Source: an uncultured Gammaproteobacteria bacterium (GTDB lineage: Bacteria > Acidobacteriota > Terriglobia > Bryobacterales > Bryobacteraceae). Taken from it: a stretch of DNA of 64,000 nucleotides. The position numbers and the translations under genes were made by a program. The notes under the pieces are model-generated. The model ran no database searches. It was not told the DNA's origin and saw nothing but the letters and a program-made list of their open reading frames with translations. Positions 55,001-64,000 of this stretch are shown here, in pieces. Positions within the stretch are counted from its first letter, which is position 1; the number at the start of each line of letters is the position of its first letter. The stretch is taken from the NCBI GenBank assembly GCA_963799935.1, contig CAWCZA010000023.1, positions 38,037-102,036 on the forward strand. Direction: 5' to 3'.

Positions 55001-58000
55001 ATGTCCTCTAGTCGATTCGCCATCGTTGCTCTCTTGTTTTGCCGGTTGATCGCCTCAGGTCAAACGGTCCCGTCGAATGTACCCTCGCAGTACCAGAGTC
55101 TCTACTCGGAGCTGCAAGGAGACATCTCCACATTTTCACAAGCCATCTCCGCCCAAGGGAACGGGACCCCTTATCCGACGTTATTCGCGTCCCAAGCTCT
55201 CACTGCAAATTCCGACCTGGGTTCCTCGCTGCTGAACGCAAACTACTTCCAGTACGACGTCCTGCCGGAACTGCAGGAACTGCAGGCGCTGGGTGTTTCC
55301 GCAGTGTCCGTTCACATCAATTTTCCGGTTCTGTACGAGCCTTATTACGGCAATCAGCAAACCTTTCAAAGCTATGTTACCTTCTATCAGCAGGTCGCCC
55401 AGCAGATCCACTCGATGGGGATGAAGATGACTGTCGAGACTACCGTTGCCACGGCTGAACCGGGTACCAACGGCTCGACCTTTCAAGCCTTCTATCAAGG
55501 TCTCACCTGGAATGAATATATTGCCGGGCGTGCGCAGAACGCCCTCAATGTCGCACAACTGATTCAGCCGGATTATATGTCGGTGATCACGGAACCTGAC
55601 TCGGAATCGCAGAATTCCTTCCAGCCCAATGCCGGTACTCCCAGCGGCAGTTTGCAGGAGCTGCAAACCATACTGGCCGCGCTGCAAGCCGCTAATGTTA
55701 CCAATGTTCCCGTGGGCGCGGGCGCCGGCACCTGGATCAACTCGTTTACGACCTACATACAGAACGCGATCTCCGCGTCCGTTTCTTACGTCGACACGCA
55801 CATGTACTCGGTGTCCAATTCGTTCCCGGAGAACGCGCTCACCGCAGCCTCGATGGCTCATGCCGCAGGTCTACCGATTGCGATGAGCGAAACATGGTGC
55901 AAGAAAGTCTCCGCGAGTCAACTTGCCGGCCTGCAGAACGCGCTGAACAGTCCAACGGTTGACGCCCTGGATACCATGAGTTTTTGGGAGCCTTTAGACC
56001 AGCAGTATCTTCAAAGTATCGTGAACATGGCTCAGGCGGAACAGTTCCTATTCGTGTCTCCGTTTTGGTCGAACCTATTTTACGCCTCCCTGGACTACGG
56101 GACTTACGGTTCACAGGATCCGACCATAGTACTCCCTGCATCCTATAGCGCCGCAATCAATGCGCGTTCGCTCGGCTCTTTTACTAGCCTGGGTACAGCT
56201 TGGGAAACAATGATTCTTCCTTCCCCTGATACTACGGCGCCGCAGGTACCCTCCGCGCCTTCGATCGGGCAGTTCAGCCAGACTGTCGTCCAAATCCTGT
56301 GGAACCCGACGACAGACAACATCGGTGTGGCCGGATACAATCTTTTTCGCAATGGCACGCTACTCACTACACAAAGTCAAGTGAACTATACCGACTCATC
56401 CGTCTCCGCGGCGACGACTTACTCCTATCAGGTCCAGGCCTTCGATGCCGCCGGCAACGTTTCGGCAATGTCCGCAGCTGCAGGTGTAACCACGCTGTCG
56501 CCGCCCGACAACACGCCGCCATCCGTGCCTACCGGCCTGCAAGGGGCGGGTCTATCCGATCTGAGCTTAAGTATCTCCTGGAAGCCATCGACGGATAACG
56601 TGGCGGTTGCCGGTTACTACGTTTACCGCGGCGCGGCCGCAAACTCCTTGACCTTATTCGCCAGCACGCCCGCCACCTCGTATATAGATTCGAGCAACGG
56701 CATGTACCCGAAAACCACGTTCTACTATGCCGTCGCTGCCTTTGATGCTTCTGGAAACGTCTCTGCACAAAGCGCGGCCATAGGGGTTACGACGCTACCG
56801 GATACCACTCCCCCTTCGGCTCCCGCCAGCCTTACCGCTGTTGCACAGGGCCCGCAGCAGGTTGCATTGAACTGGTCGGCTTCGACGGACGACGTCAAAG
56901 TTGCTGGGTATTCCATCTCGCGCGGCAAGACACCAACCTCGATGATCGTAGTCGGCAACACAACCTCGACTTCCTTTGTGGATACGGCCGGACTATCGGC
57001 TGCCCAGATGTACTATTACACGGTCTCGGCTTACGATGCAGCTTCAAACTACTCCACTCCGAGCCCGATGGTCACCGTCACAACACTCCCTGTTGGGACT
57101 CCTCCAACCGTAATCCTGCAAACCTCGCAATCGCCTTCCGCTATTGGGCAGACGGTGACGTTCACGGCGACAGTCCGTCTTACTTCCGGAACGATTCCCA
57201 ACGGGGAAACAGTTGTTTTCCAGAATGGGAGCACGCAGATTGGTTCGGGGACGACTAACGGCGGTATCGCGACTTTCAGCATTGCCTCGCTAGCTGTCGG
57301 CAGCAATTCGATTACTGCAACTTACACGGGAGATGGGACGTATCAAGCCGCGACTTCTCAGGCCGTGAATCAGGTAGTCATCAAGAACACCACTACCACT
57401 ACAGTTACTTCGTCGGCCAATCCGTCCAGTTATGGCCAATCGGTCACACTCACAGCTCTCGTCTCCTCCACTGGTGCAACACCGACCGGAAACGTCACTT
57501 TCAAGAATGGAACCACGCCGATCGGGTCCGGCACGCTCGCCAATGGCGTCGCTAGTTTTTCGACAACGACTCTCGCGACGGGAACGAATTCGATCACTGT
57601 CTTCTACGGCGGAGACGCGCTCTCGCTAACCAGCACGTCACCGACTCTAAGCCAAGTAGTGAATGACTCTACAGTTACACTAGCTTTGCGATCCAACGCG
57701 AACCCAGCGGCGCCCAACCAGCAGGTTACCTTCACCGGTACTCTCACGCTTCCGAATGGCGGTAACCCGACAGGAACTATCACGTTCTCGCAAAACGGCG
57801 TGGCGATTGGCTCTCCTGTTGCGGTCTCTTCGCGGCAGGCCAGCATCAGTACTAGCTTCTCGACGCCTGGCACGTACGGGATCACCGCCGTATACTCCGG
57901 CGACTCGAACTTCGCCGGCGCCAGCGCACCATCTCTGAGCCAGGTAATCACAGCGGCAACCACGACGACCTCTATTCAATCTTCCGGATCGCCGGCCGCG

Positions 58001-59662
58001 GTAAGCACTCCCGTAACTTTCACGGCCTCGGTCCACCCCGCCAGCGGCACCGTCCCGAATGGTGAAACAGTGACGTTTGCCGATGGAGCAACGACGATCG
58101 GTACAGGCGTAACCGCAAGCGGCATCGCTACTTTCACTACTTCTTCGCTCGCCGTCGGTACACATTCCATCACGGCGAGTTATGCCGGCGACGCGAACTT
58201 TGCACCCAGTAAGTCCGCGGCACTTCCGCAGACGATCTCGAAGAACACGACAACAACAACGATCGCTTCGAGTGTGAATCCGTCCAGCTACGAACAATCC
58301 GTTACTTTCACCGTGACTGTTTCATCGAGCGGCGTAACTCCGACCGGTACCGTGACTTTCAAGAACGGAACGACGCCGATCGGGTCCAGTGCACTCGCCA
58401 ACGGCGTTGCCACCTTCTCGACCACGACTCTGGCGACCGGCTCGAACGCGATTAGCGCTTCATACGGGGGCGACGCGTTTTCTCTGTCCAGCACGTCATC
58501 GACACTTACACAGGTAGTGAACGGCTCCACGATTTCGCTGGCGTTGAAAGCGAGTGTGAATCCGTCGATGCCCACCCAGCAGGTTACCTTCACCGGTATA
58601 CTCTCGGTGCCGAATGGTGGCACCCCCACCGGTACCATCACCTTCTCCGAAAACGGCGTCGTGATTGGTTCTCCGGTCGCGGTCTCGTCGCGTCAAGCCA
58701 GCATTAGCACCAGCTTTTCCACGACAGGTAATTACGCGATCACCGCCGTGTATTCCGGTGACGCGAACTTCACCACCGCCACCGCGCCCGCATTAAGCCA
58801 GGTAGTTACGGCAGCAACTACGATCACTTCGGTCAAGTCATCCGGATCGCCCGCAACAGTGAGTACGCCCGTTACTTTCACGGCAACGATTCGCCCCACC
58901 ACCGGCACTGTCCCGAATGGTGAAGTAGTCACGTTCATCGATGGAACGACGACGATCGGCGCAGGCGCCACCGTAAGCGGGGTTGCGACATTCACTACTT
59001 CGTCGCTCGCGGTGGGTTCCCATTCCATCACGGCCAATTACGCCGGCGATGCTAATTACTCGTCGAGCACATCCACGGCGATTTCCGAGACGATCATCAA
59101 GAACACAACGACCACGGCAGTTACGTCGAACCTGAACCCGTCCACCTACGACCAGTCAGTCACTCTAACGGCAACTGTATCTTCTCCCGGCCCGACGCCG
59201 ACCGGCACGTTGACCTTTAAGAACGGTACAAGCCCCATAGGACAAGCAACTCTGGTGAACGGGGTGGGCACTCTAACTACGGCTACACTTCCAGTAGGTA
59301 CCAATTCGATCACGGTTGCTTATGGCGGTGACGGTGCTTCTAATGGCAGCACGTCGCCGGCTCTAAGCCAGGTGGTGAATGTGGCGCCCACAACCACGGT
59401 CATTGTTTCCTCACTGAATCCCTCGAATCCTGGTCAGTCGGTGAAGTTCACTGCCACCGTAGCTTCCGCCAGTGGGACGCCGACCGGGACTGTAACGTTT
59501 ACTCAAGGTGCGACAACGCTCGGCACGGCTACTCTGGTTGGTGGAAATGCGGGACTCACGACAAATGCCTTGTCCGCTGGCGCAGACGTAATCACGGCAA
59601 CGTACAACGGGACGGCGAGCTTTGCAGGTAGTTCCGCAACCTTCACCCAAACTGTTAACTAA
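55001..59662 (+). CDS. Large secreted surface protein: GH-A-like catalytic domain, 3 fibronectin type III domains, 9 bacterial Ig-like (Big_3-type) domains
   Basis: Signal peptide; ITEP and MSETW candidate catalytic Glu; three DT/N-TP/AP..W..STDN.GVAGY FN3 units; nine NP...VTFTATV...Y.GD Ig units. Confidence 0.88.
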   Translation: MSSSRFAIVALLFCRLIASGQTVPSNVPSQYQSLYSELQGDISTFSQAISAQGNGTPYPTLFASQALTANSDLGSSLLNANYFQYDVLPELQELQALGVSAVSVHINFPVLYEPYYGNQQTFQSYVTFYQQVAQQIHSMGMKMTVETTVATAEPGTNGSTFQAFYQGLTWNEYIAGRAQNALNVAQLIQPDYMSVITEPDSESQNSFQPNAGTPSGSLQELQTILAALQAANVTNVPVGAGAGTWINSFTTYIQNAISASVSYVDTHMYSVSNSFPENALTAASMAHAAGLPIAMSETWCKKVSASQLAGLQNALNSPTVDALDTMSFWEPLDQQYLQSIVNMAQAEQFLFVSPFWSNLFYASLDYGTYGSQDPTIVLPASYSAAINARSLGSFTSLGTAWETMILPSPDTTAPQVPSAPSIGQFSQTVVQILWNPTTDNIGVAGYNLFRNGTLLTTQSQVNYTDSSVSAATTYSYQVQAFDAAGNVSAMSAAAGVTTLSPPDNTPPSVPTGLQGAGLSDLSLSISWKPSTDNVAVAGYYVYRGAAANSLTLFASTPATSYIDSSNGMYPKTTFYYAVAAFDASGNVSAQSAAIGVTTLPDTTPPSAPASLTAVAQGPQQVALNWSASTDDVKVAGYSISRGKTPTSMIVVGNTTSTSFVDTAGLSAAQMYYYTVSAYDAASNYSTPSPMVTVTTLPVGTPPTVILQTSQSPSAIGQTVTFTATVRLTSGTIPNGETVVFQNGSTQIGSGTTNGGIATFSIASLAVGSNSITATYTGDGTYQAATSQAVNQVVIKNTTTTTVTSSANPSSYGQSVTLTALVSSTGATPTGNVTFKNGTTPIGSGTLANGVASFSTTTLATGTNSITVFYGGDALSLTSTSPTLSQVVNDSTVTLALRSNANPAAPNQQVTFTGTLTLPNGGNPTGTITFSQNGVAIGSPVAVSSRQASISTSFSTPGTYGITAVYSGDSNFAGASAPSLSQVITAATTTTSIQSSGSPAAVSTPVTFTASVHPASGTVPNGETVTFADGATTIGTGVTASGIATFTTSSLAVGTHSITASYAGDANFAPSKSAALPQTISKNTTTTTIASSVNPSSYEQSVTFTVTVSSSGVTPTGTVTFKNGTTPIGSSALANGVATFSTTTLATGSNAISASYGGDAFSLSSTSSTLTQVVNGSTISLALKASVNPSMPTQQVTFTGILSVPNGGTPTGTITFSENGVVIGSPVAVSSRQASISTSFSTTGNYAITAVYSGDANFTTATAPALSQVVTAATTITSVKSSGSPATVSTPVTFTATIRPTTGTVPNGEVVTFIDGTTTIGAGATVSGVATFTTSSLAVGSHSITANYAGDANYSSSTSTAISETIIKNTTTTAVTSNLNPSTYDQSVTLTATVSSPGPTPTGTLTFKNGTSPIGQATLVNGVGTLTTATLPVGTNSITVAYGGDGASNGSTSPALSQVVNVAPTTTVIVSSLNPSNPGQSVKFTATVASASGTPTGTVTFTQGATTLGTATLVGGNAGLTTNALSAGADVITATYNGTASFAGSSATFTQTVN
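57100..59380 (+). repeat. Intragenic three-domain super-repeat, period 858 bp (about 2.7 copies)
   Basis: AAGAACAC (KNT) anchors at 57383, 58241 and 59099; Ig units 1~4~7, 2~5~8 and 3~6. Confidence 0.85.
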
Positions 59663-59691
59663 GACGATTCGCCGAACGCTCGACTTACAAC

Positions 59692-59739
59692 TTGCTTCCC
59701 GTCTTCGGTGCCGATCCTGGTGCGGAAGGCGGGAAGCAA
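59692..59739. terminator. Long hairpin between convergent genes (bidirectional terminator or REP-like)
   Basis: TTGCTTCCCGTCTTC...GAAGGCGGGAAGCAA, 15-bp stem with one G-U pair. Confidence 0.65.
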
Positions 59740-59777
59740 CTCGTTTTAGCCCTCCCGCTCAGGTCCGTTGCACACCC

Positions 59778-60617
59778 TCAATCCGTTCGAGCAAGGCCTC
59801 CCGCGCTCTTCGTTTTGCGGGCGTACCCTATAAGTGCCGCGCGGAAAAAATCCGGGCCGCCGCGACCCGCGCGATGACGATATAGCCACGCAAATCCTCT
59901 CGCGGACTCTTTCGGATTGGACGTAGCGAGACCCCAAAAGAAGCGAAGGCGTTGAACGGCTGATTCAAGTGCATGTTGACTGGGCGACAACTCGGTATTG
60001 TTCAGACGGAGAGTTGTCAGGTTCTGGTCTGGCGTTCTCAATTCGACTGAGCTATCGACAGCTAGCGCAACCAGTTGGGGATCCCAATCTTGAGGGCGCA
60101 CACGACTCGCGGCATCCAGCAGCCCGCTAACGGCATACCAACGAAGAAGACTGCGTTCGCCCCGACATAGTTCAATAAGTTTCTTTCCGTCTGTAGCCAT
60201 TGTTCCTGTGGTGATCGGAATTAGTGAGGAAAGTCCAGCTACTGCGGACCAGAAACTTAGGCCCCAGGCAAGCAGGCTTAAGTTACTGTCCAATCTGGCG
60301 ATCCGGGAATTTGCGATTCCAGCCGCCAGGGCACTTACGAAAATGGAAACCGCGGGGCCGCCACCGATTATCCAAGCGACTCGAGCTCGGAGCTGTCGCG
60401 CATGGCACGGAACAAACTGGACAAACCCGAGAGCCTCCAGCGGCGTTAGCGGCGGCCGGACGAAATGCCATCGCTCCTTGGTACGGCGGACGCAGATTGG
60501 CCAGAACGAGAACGAAAGAAGCCGGAACCCGGCAATGTTTGCCGCGACCGCGTGGCCAAGTTCATGAAACACTATGGCCAAATAGAAGGCTAACGCGGAT
60601 AAAGCAAACGCGAACAC
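59778..60617 (-). CDS. M50 family (site-2 protease-like) membrane metallopeptidase
   Basis: FHELGH (HExxH), IGGGP and SLIP...TDG motifs with hydrophobic segments. Confidence 0.8.
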   Translation of the reverse strand: MFAFALSALAFYLAIVFHELGHAVAANIAGFRLLSFSFWPICVRRTKERWHFVRPPLTPLEALGFVQFVPCHARQLRARVAWIIGGGPAVSIFVSALAAGIANSRIARLDSNLSLLAWGLSFWSAVAGLSSLIPITTGTMATDGKKLIELCRGERSLLRWYAVSGLLDAASRVRPQDWDPQLVALAVDSSVELRTPDQNLTTLRLNNTELSPSQHALESAVQRLRFFWGLATSNPKESARGFAWLYRHRAGRGGPDFFRAALIGYARKTKSAGGLARTD

Positions 60618-60668
60618 GTTACATTATTTATACTCCGCCAGAGTTCCGAGTCGTGGGCCGATAATGAA

Positions 60669-61766
60669 GTGACGAGCGTCCTCGAAGAAGCAGTACATCT
60701 TATGCCAAATGAATCGGAATTGCTTGCTTCCATCGTGGTCGTTTGCCGGAATGAGCGAATGCATATCGCTTCGTTTCTCGATTCCCTGCTGTCGCAAGAT
60801 TTGGAAGAGGGTACGTGGGAAGCTATCATCGCGGACGGCGAAAGTGAGGATGGGACGCGCGAAATCATCCAGGAATATTGCCGCCGTTTTCCGATGCTGC
60901 GACTGATCGACAATCCGGGGCGCTTTGCGTCATCCGGGTTGAACGCCGCCATACGCGCCGCTCGAGGGGAAGTGATTCTGCGCATGGACGCGCACACAAT
61001 TTACGCCGCGCCCTATTGCCGGGGGTGCATCGACACGCTTGCCAGAACCGGGGCCGCAAACGTGGGCGGACCGGCGCGCACCCGTGCGGTAGGCGCCCGC
61101 GCTCGTGCCGTAGCCGCGGCTTATCACTCCAGGTTCTCAACAGGGGGCGCAAGGTTTCACGATCCCGATTACGAAGGCTGGGTAGACACTCTTCCTTATG
61201 GATGTTGGCGTAAGGCGACGTTGATCGCCCTCGGCGGGTTCGACGAATCGCTGGTGCGCAATCAGGATGATGAGCTGAACCTGCGGACGATCCGCGCGGG
61301 CGGACAGTTATGGCAGACGCCCGAGATTGAATCGTGGTACTCTCCGCGATCCACGCTGCGGCAGTTGTTCCGGCAGTATTTTCAGTACGGGTTTTGGAAG
61401 GTGGCGGTGATTCGGAAGCATCGAGTGCCGGCTTCGTGGCGGCAGCTGGTTCCGATTGTCTTTGTGGCTGGGCAGGCCTTGCTGCTGGCGGCCTTGGCGA
61501 TCACCGCGATCGGGGGATTCCGCGCGCAATTTCGAACGGTGTACTTCGCTTCACTAGGAGCGATAGGCGCATACGCGACGGCGAATCTGTTGGCATCGAT
61601 CCTTACGGCGCGCCGCTAGGGATGGGCAACGCTGCCCCATCTTCCCGCCGTCTTTGCCGCGTACCACTACTCCTATGGGCTTGGATTTGCCGTGGGACTG
61701 CGATGGTTGATGGCTCCCTCGCGACGGTGCGCGCCGGAGTCTATGTTCTCGAGCGTTACCAGATAG
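60669..61766 (+). CDS. GT2 glycosyltransferase (succinoglycan ExoA-like), with an in-frame TAG at 61617-19
   Basis: ADGESEDGT, RMDAH, RNQDDELN, YFQYGFWK. After the TAG the frame continues LPAVFAAYHYSYGLGF to a TAG at 61764-66. Alternative start at ATG 60702. Confidence 0.85.
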
Positions 61767-61786
61767 GCCGATACCTTCGCTTCCCG

Positions 61787-62461
61787 ATGCGTAGACTCCT
61801 GGACATTGCGGTCGCTACTATGGCGCTCGTCGTTTTGTCTCCCTTGTTGCTAGCGGTGGCGCTCGCGATTGGTATCACTTCGCGGAGCAATCCCCTTTAT
61901 CCCGGACGCAGAATCGGCATCGCGGGCCATGAGTTTCGGATGTGGAAGTTCCGGACTATGGAGCCTGGGGCGGATCGCGGCAGTTCGATCACGGGAAAGC
62001 GGGATGCGCGCGTGACGCCACTTGGGCGGGTCTTGCGCAAGACAAAGCTGGATGAACTTCCGCAACTCTTCAACTTACTCACGGGTGACATGACACTAGT
62101 CGGACCGCGTCCGGAGGCGCCCGATATAGTCGCCCGGTATACGCCGGAACAGCGACGCGTTCTGATGGTGAAACCAGGAGTTACCGGGATATCGCAAGTC
62201 TCGGCGATCGATGAATCGGATACAATTCCGGCCTACGTTGATCCGCGGCAACATTACATCGACCACATTCTGGATCGGAAGGTCGCGGCGGATCGGGCCT
62301 ATCTTGAGATCCGCACGGTGTGGAGCGATGCACGCATGATTTTGGCCACGGTCGGCCTTGTATGGAGGGCACTCGCCGGACCGCGATTTCGCTCCGGGCG
62401 CGAGTCGCGTGGCAAGTTAGTTGATAGGAGTAAAGTAAGTCGACGTGAATTCCACGCGTAG
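61787..62461 (+). CDS. Bacterial sugar transferase (polyprenyl-phosphate priming glycosyltransferase domain)
   Basis: Start re-called at ATG 61787; RLLDI, KFRTM, TKLDELPQL, MTLVGPRPE and KPGVTG. Confidence 0.92.
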   Translation: MRRLLDIAVATMALVVLSPLLLAVALAIGITSRSNPLYPGRRIGIAGHEFRMWKFRTMEPGADRGSSITGKRDARVTPLGRVLRKTKLDELPQLFNLLTGDMTLVGPRPEAPDIVARYTPEQRRVLMVKPGVTGISQVSAIDESDTIPAYVDPRQHYIDHILDRKVAADRAYLEIRTVWSDARMILATVGLVWRALAGPRFRSGRESRGKLVDRSKVSRREFHA

Positions 62462-63142
62462 TCCCGTCGGGTTCAGATCAGGCCCGGTATTGTGAACCAC
62501 GAAATACAAGAAACCGATTGACGAGCCGGCAACCGTGGCTGCGCCCTGAAATGGAGTCCAGGCAGTCCAGGGAGTCGCACTTGAAAAAGACCCAATCGAG
62601 CCGCAAGTACTGGAGCCTCCCGAATAACTGGAGACATAGACTATGTCCGGTGAGTCGTCCGCCAGAAATTTACCACTTACGTTAAGAGTATAGTCTCCGC
62701 TTCCATCAAACGCCGCGGGAACAGCGAAAGCAGTCACGTAGATGTACCATCCCGGTAGGTTCGACGGGCCTCCCACTGGTTCGATCCACTGCGACTTTCC
62801 GTCGTCCGGATTCAACCACGCCGTGGATGAGATAGCGCTGACGGGTGCCGGCAAGTAAGCAAACTCTTGGACGCAGGGATCGGGAGGTGGTGAGTTGTAA
62901 GAACCGTACGGATAGGGTACGGCCAGATCCCAATTTCCATCCGAGATCGGTCCGCCCCCCTCGGGATTGATTGGATTGACAAGTTCCGTTGCCAAGCAGC
63001 CGTAGGGTGGAAGGCTCTTGGCTGTCCGGCCGGTGTTACAAAGCTGTAGCGTCGCGATTTTCTGCGCGTGTAGGGAAGAGGGGCACAGACATAGCGCGCA
63101 ACCAAGTAGCGCGCCGCTCAGACATATGTATTGTTGACGCAT
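62417..63142 (-). CDS. Secreted hypothetical protein, tandem paralog 1
   Basis: SD AGGAG, signal peptide, QKIATLQLCNTGRT...NPTGLRVEF. Confidence 0.8.
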   Translation of the reverse strand: MRQQYICLSGALLGCALCLCPSSLHAQKIATLQLCNTGRTAKSLPPYGCLATELVNPINPEGGGPISDGNWDLAVPYPYGSYNSPPPDPCVQEFAYLPAPVSAISSTAWLNPDDGKSQWIEPVGGPSNLPGWYIYVTAFAVPAAFDGSGDYTLNVSGKFLADDSPDIVYVSSYSGGSSTCGSIGSFSSATPWTAWTPFQGAATVAGSSIGFLYFVVHNTGPDLNPTGLRVEFTSTYFTPIN

Positions 63143-63173
63143 CGTATTCGCTCCTATCGGTCACTGGAACTGT

Positions 63174-63911
63174 TTAGTAAGGCGTAAAGTACGTCGACTG
63201 GAACTCGACGCGAAGGCCGGTCGGATTTCCGGTCGGTGAGCCGGTAGCGTTATAGACAATAAAGTAAACATATCCCGCTGAATCCGGCAGGACTAAAGCT
63301 TCAGCCTCAAACGGCGTCCATGAACCGAAACCGTTGCTGGCAAACGCCGCGACTGCGCCGCACTTGATCTGGCCGCCCGTTGTGTCCGAAACATAGATAT
63401 AGGACACTTGATCGTCGGCCATGAATTGTCCAATGATCTTGAAACCGTAGTTCTCGTAACCTTCGTAGGGTCCCGGGACGATAAAGCTCGTCGCGTAGAT
63501 ATACCAGCCGGGCGGGGTTGTGCCTCCGCCGTCCGGTGAGATCCACTGCGATTTCCCGTCGGCCGGGTTATACCAGGCTGTCGATGGCTTGTTTACGGGA
63601 GCAGGCTCGTAGTGAAAGTCGGCCGAGCAGGGAGTGGGTGCGTTATCCGTATACGGCGCTGAAGGGTATGGGGTAGCCAGTTTCCAGTTTCCATCTTTGA
63701 TGGGGCCGCCAACGTAGGGGTTAATTGGGCTAACGAGAGTGGTCGAGAGACAGGCATCCGGTGGTGCACTCTTTGGGGTGCGACCCGTGTTGCACAGCTG
63801 CGTTGTCGCGATCTTCTGGGCCGTTAGATGTGCAGGAATCAGGAAACCGGAAGCGGGGAAAAGCGCACCGAGTAACCATGCGCCGCGAAAGCAAGCCGAA
63901 CGTACGAACAT
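63174..63911 (-). CDS. Secreted hypothetical protein, tandem paralog 2
   Basis: SD AGGAGG before ATG 63911, signal peptide, QKIATTQLCNTGRT...NPTGLRVEF. Confidence 0.8.
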   Translation of the reverse strand: MFVRSACFRGAWLLGALFPASGFLIPAHLTAQKIATTQLCNTGRTPKSAPPDACLSTTLVSPINPYVGGPIKDGNWKLATPYPSAPYTDNAPTPCSADFHYEPAPVNKPSTAWYNPADGKSQWISPDGGGTTPPGWYIYATSFIVPGPYEGYENYGFKIIGQFMADDQVSYIYVSDTTGGQIKCGAVAAFASNGFGSWTPFEAEALVLPDSAGYVYFIVYNATGSPTGNPTGLRVEFQSTYFTPY

Positions 63912-64000
63912 ACGCGACCTCCTTGCCAGCAACCTTTTGAACGAACGCTAGCGACAAAAGTTTATCGCACTTAACCGGCAGAAGATCAACCTGCTCGCGA

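Overview
A 64-kb, GC-rich chromosomal segment. Gene content and lineage-typical small proteins suggest an Acidobacteriota genome of the Bryobacteraceae/Solibacter type (inference). Core genes: tyrS, alaS, miaB, metY, rlpA, msrB, a methylmalonyl-CoA mutase subunit, a YpdA-like reductase and two S9 peptidases. Accessory content: four type II toxin-antitoxin pairs (2 PIN, 2 DUF1778-GNAT); a Tat-exported GH116 followed by four GT-C-like polytopic membrane proteins; an ECF sigma/anti-sigma pair divergent from msrB; a stand-alone IS630-type HTH gene; a light-sensing block (PAS kinase, NarL regulator, heme oxygenase, bacteriophytochrome, response regulator, multi-PAS hybrid kinase); a 1553-aa glycanase-like/FN3/Ig surface protein preceded by an orphan structured RNA and terminator; EPS glycosyltransferases; and two tandem secreted paralogs. 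Best candidate for novel biology: a bacteriophytochrome that keeps its bilin-attachment Cys, PASDIP and PRxSF motifs, but whose propionate-binding pocket is changed at the DrBphP H260, Y216 and S274 equivalents (H->Y, Y->F, S->V). Several genes, including essential alaS, carry single-base frameshifts, which suggests consensus sequencing errors. No CRISPR array, rRNA or tRNA gene was seen. All calls were made by eye from the sequence, without database searches.
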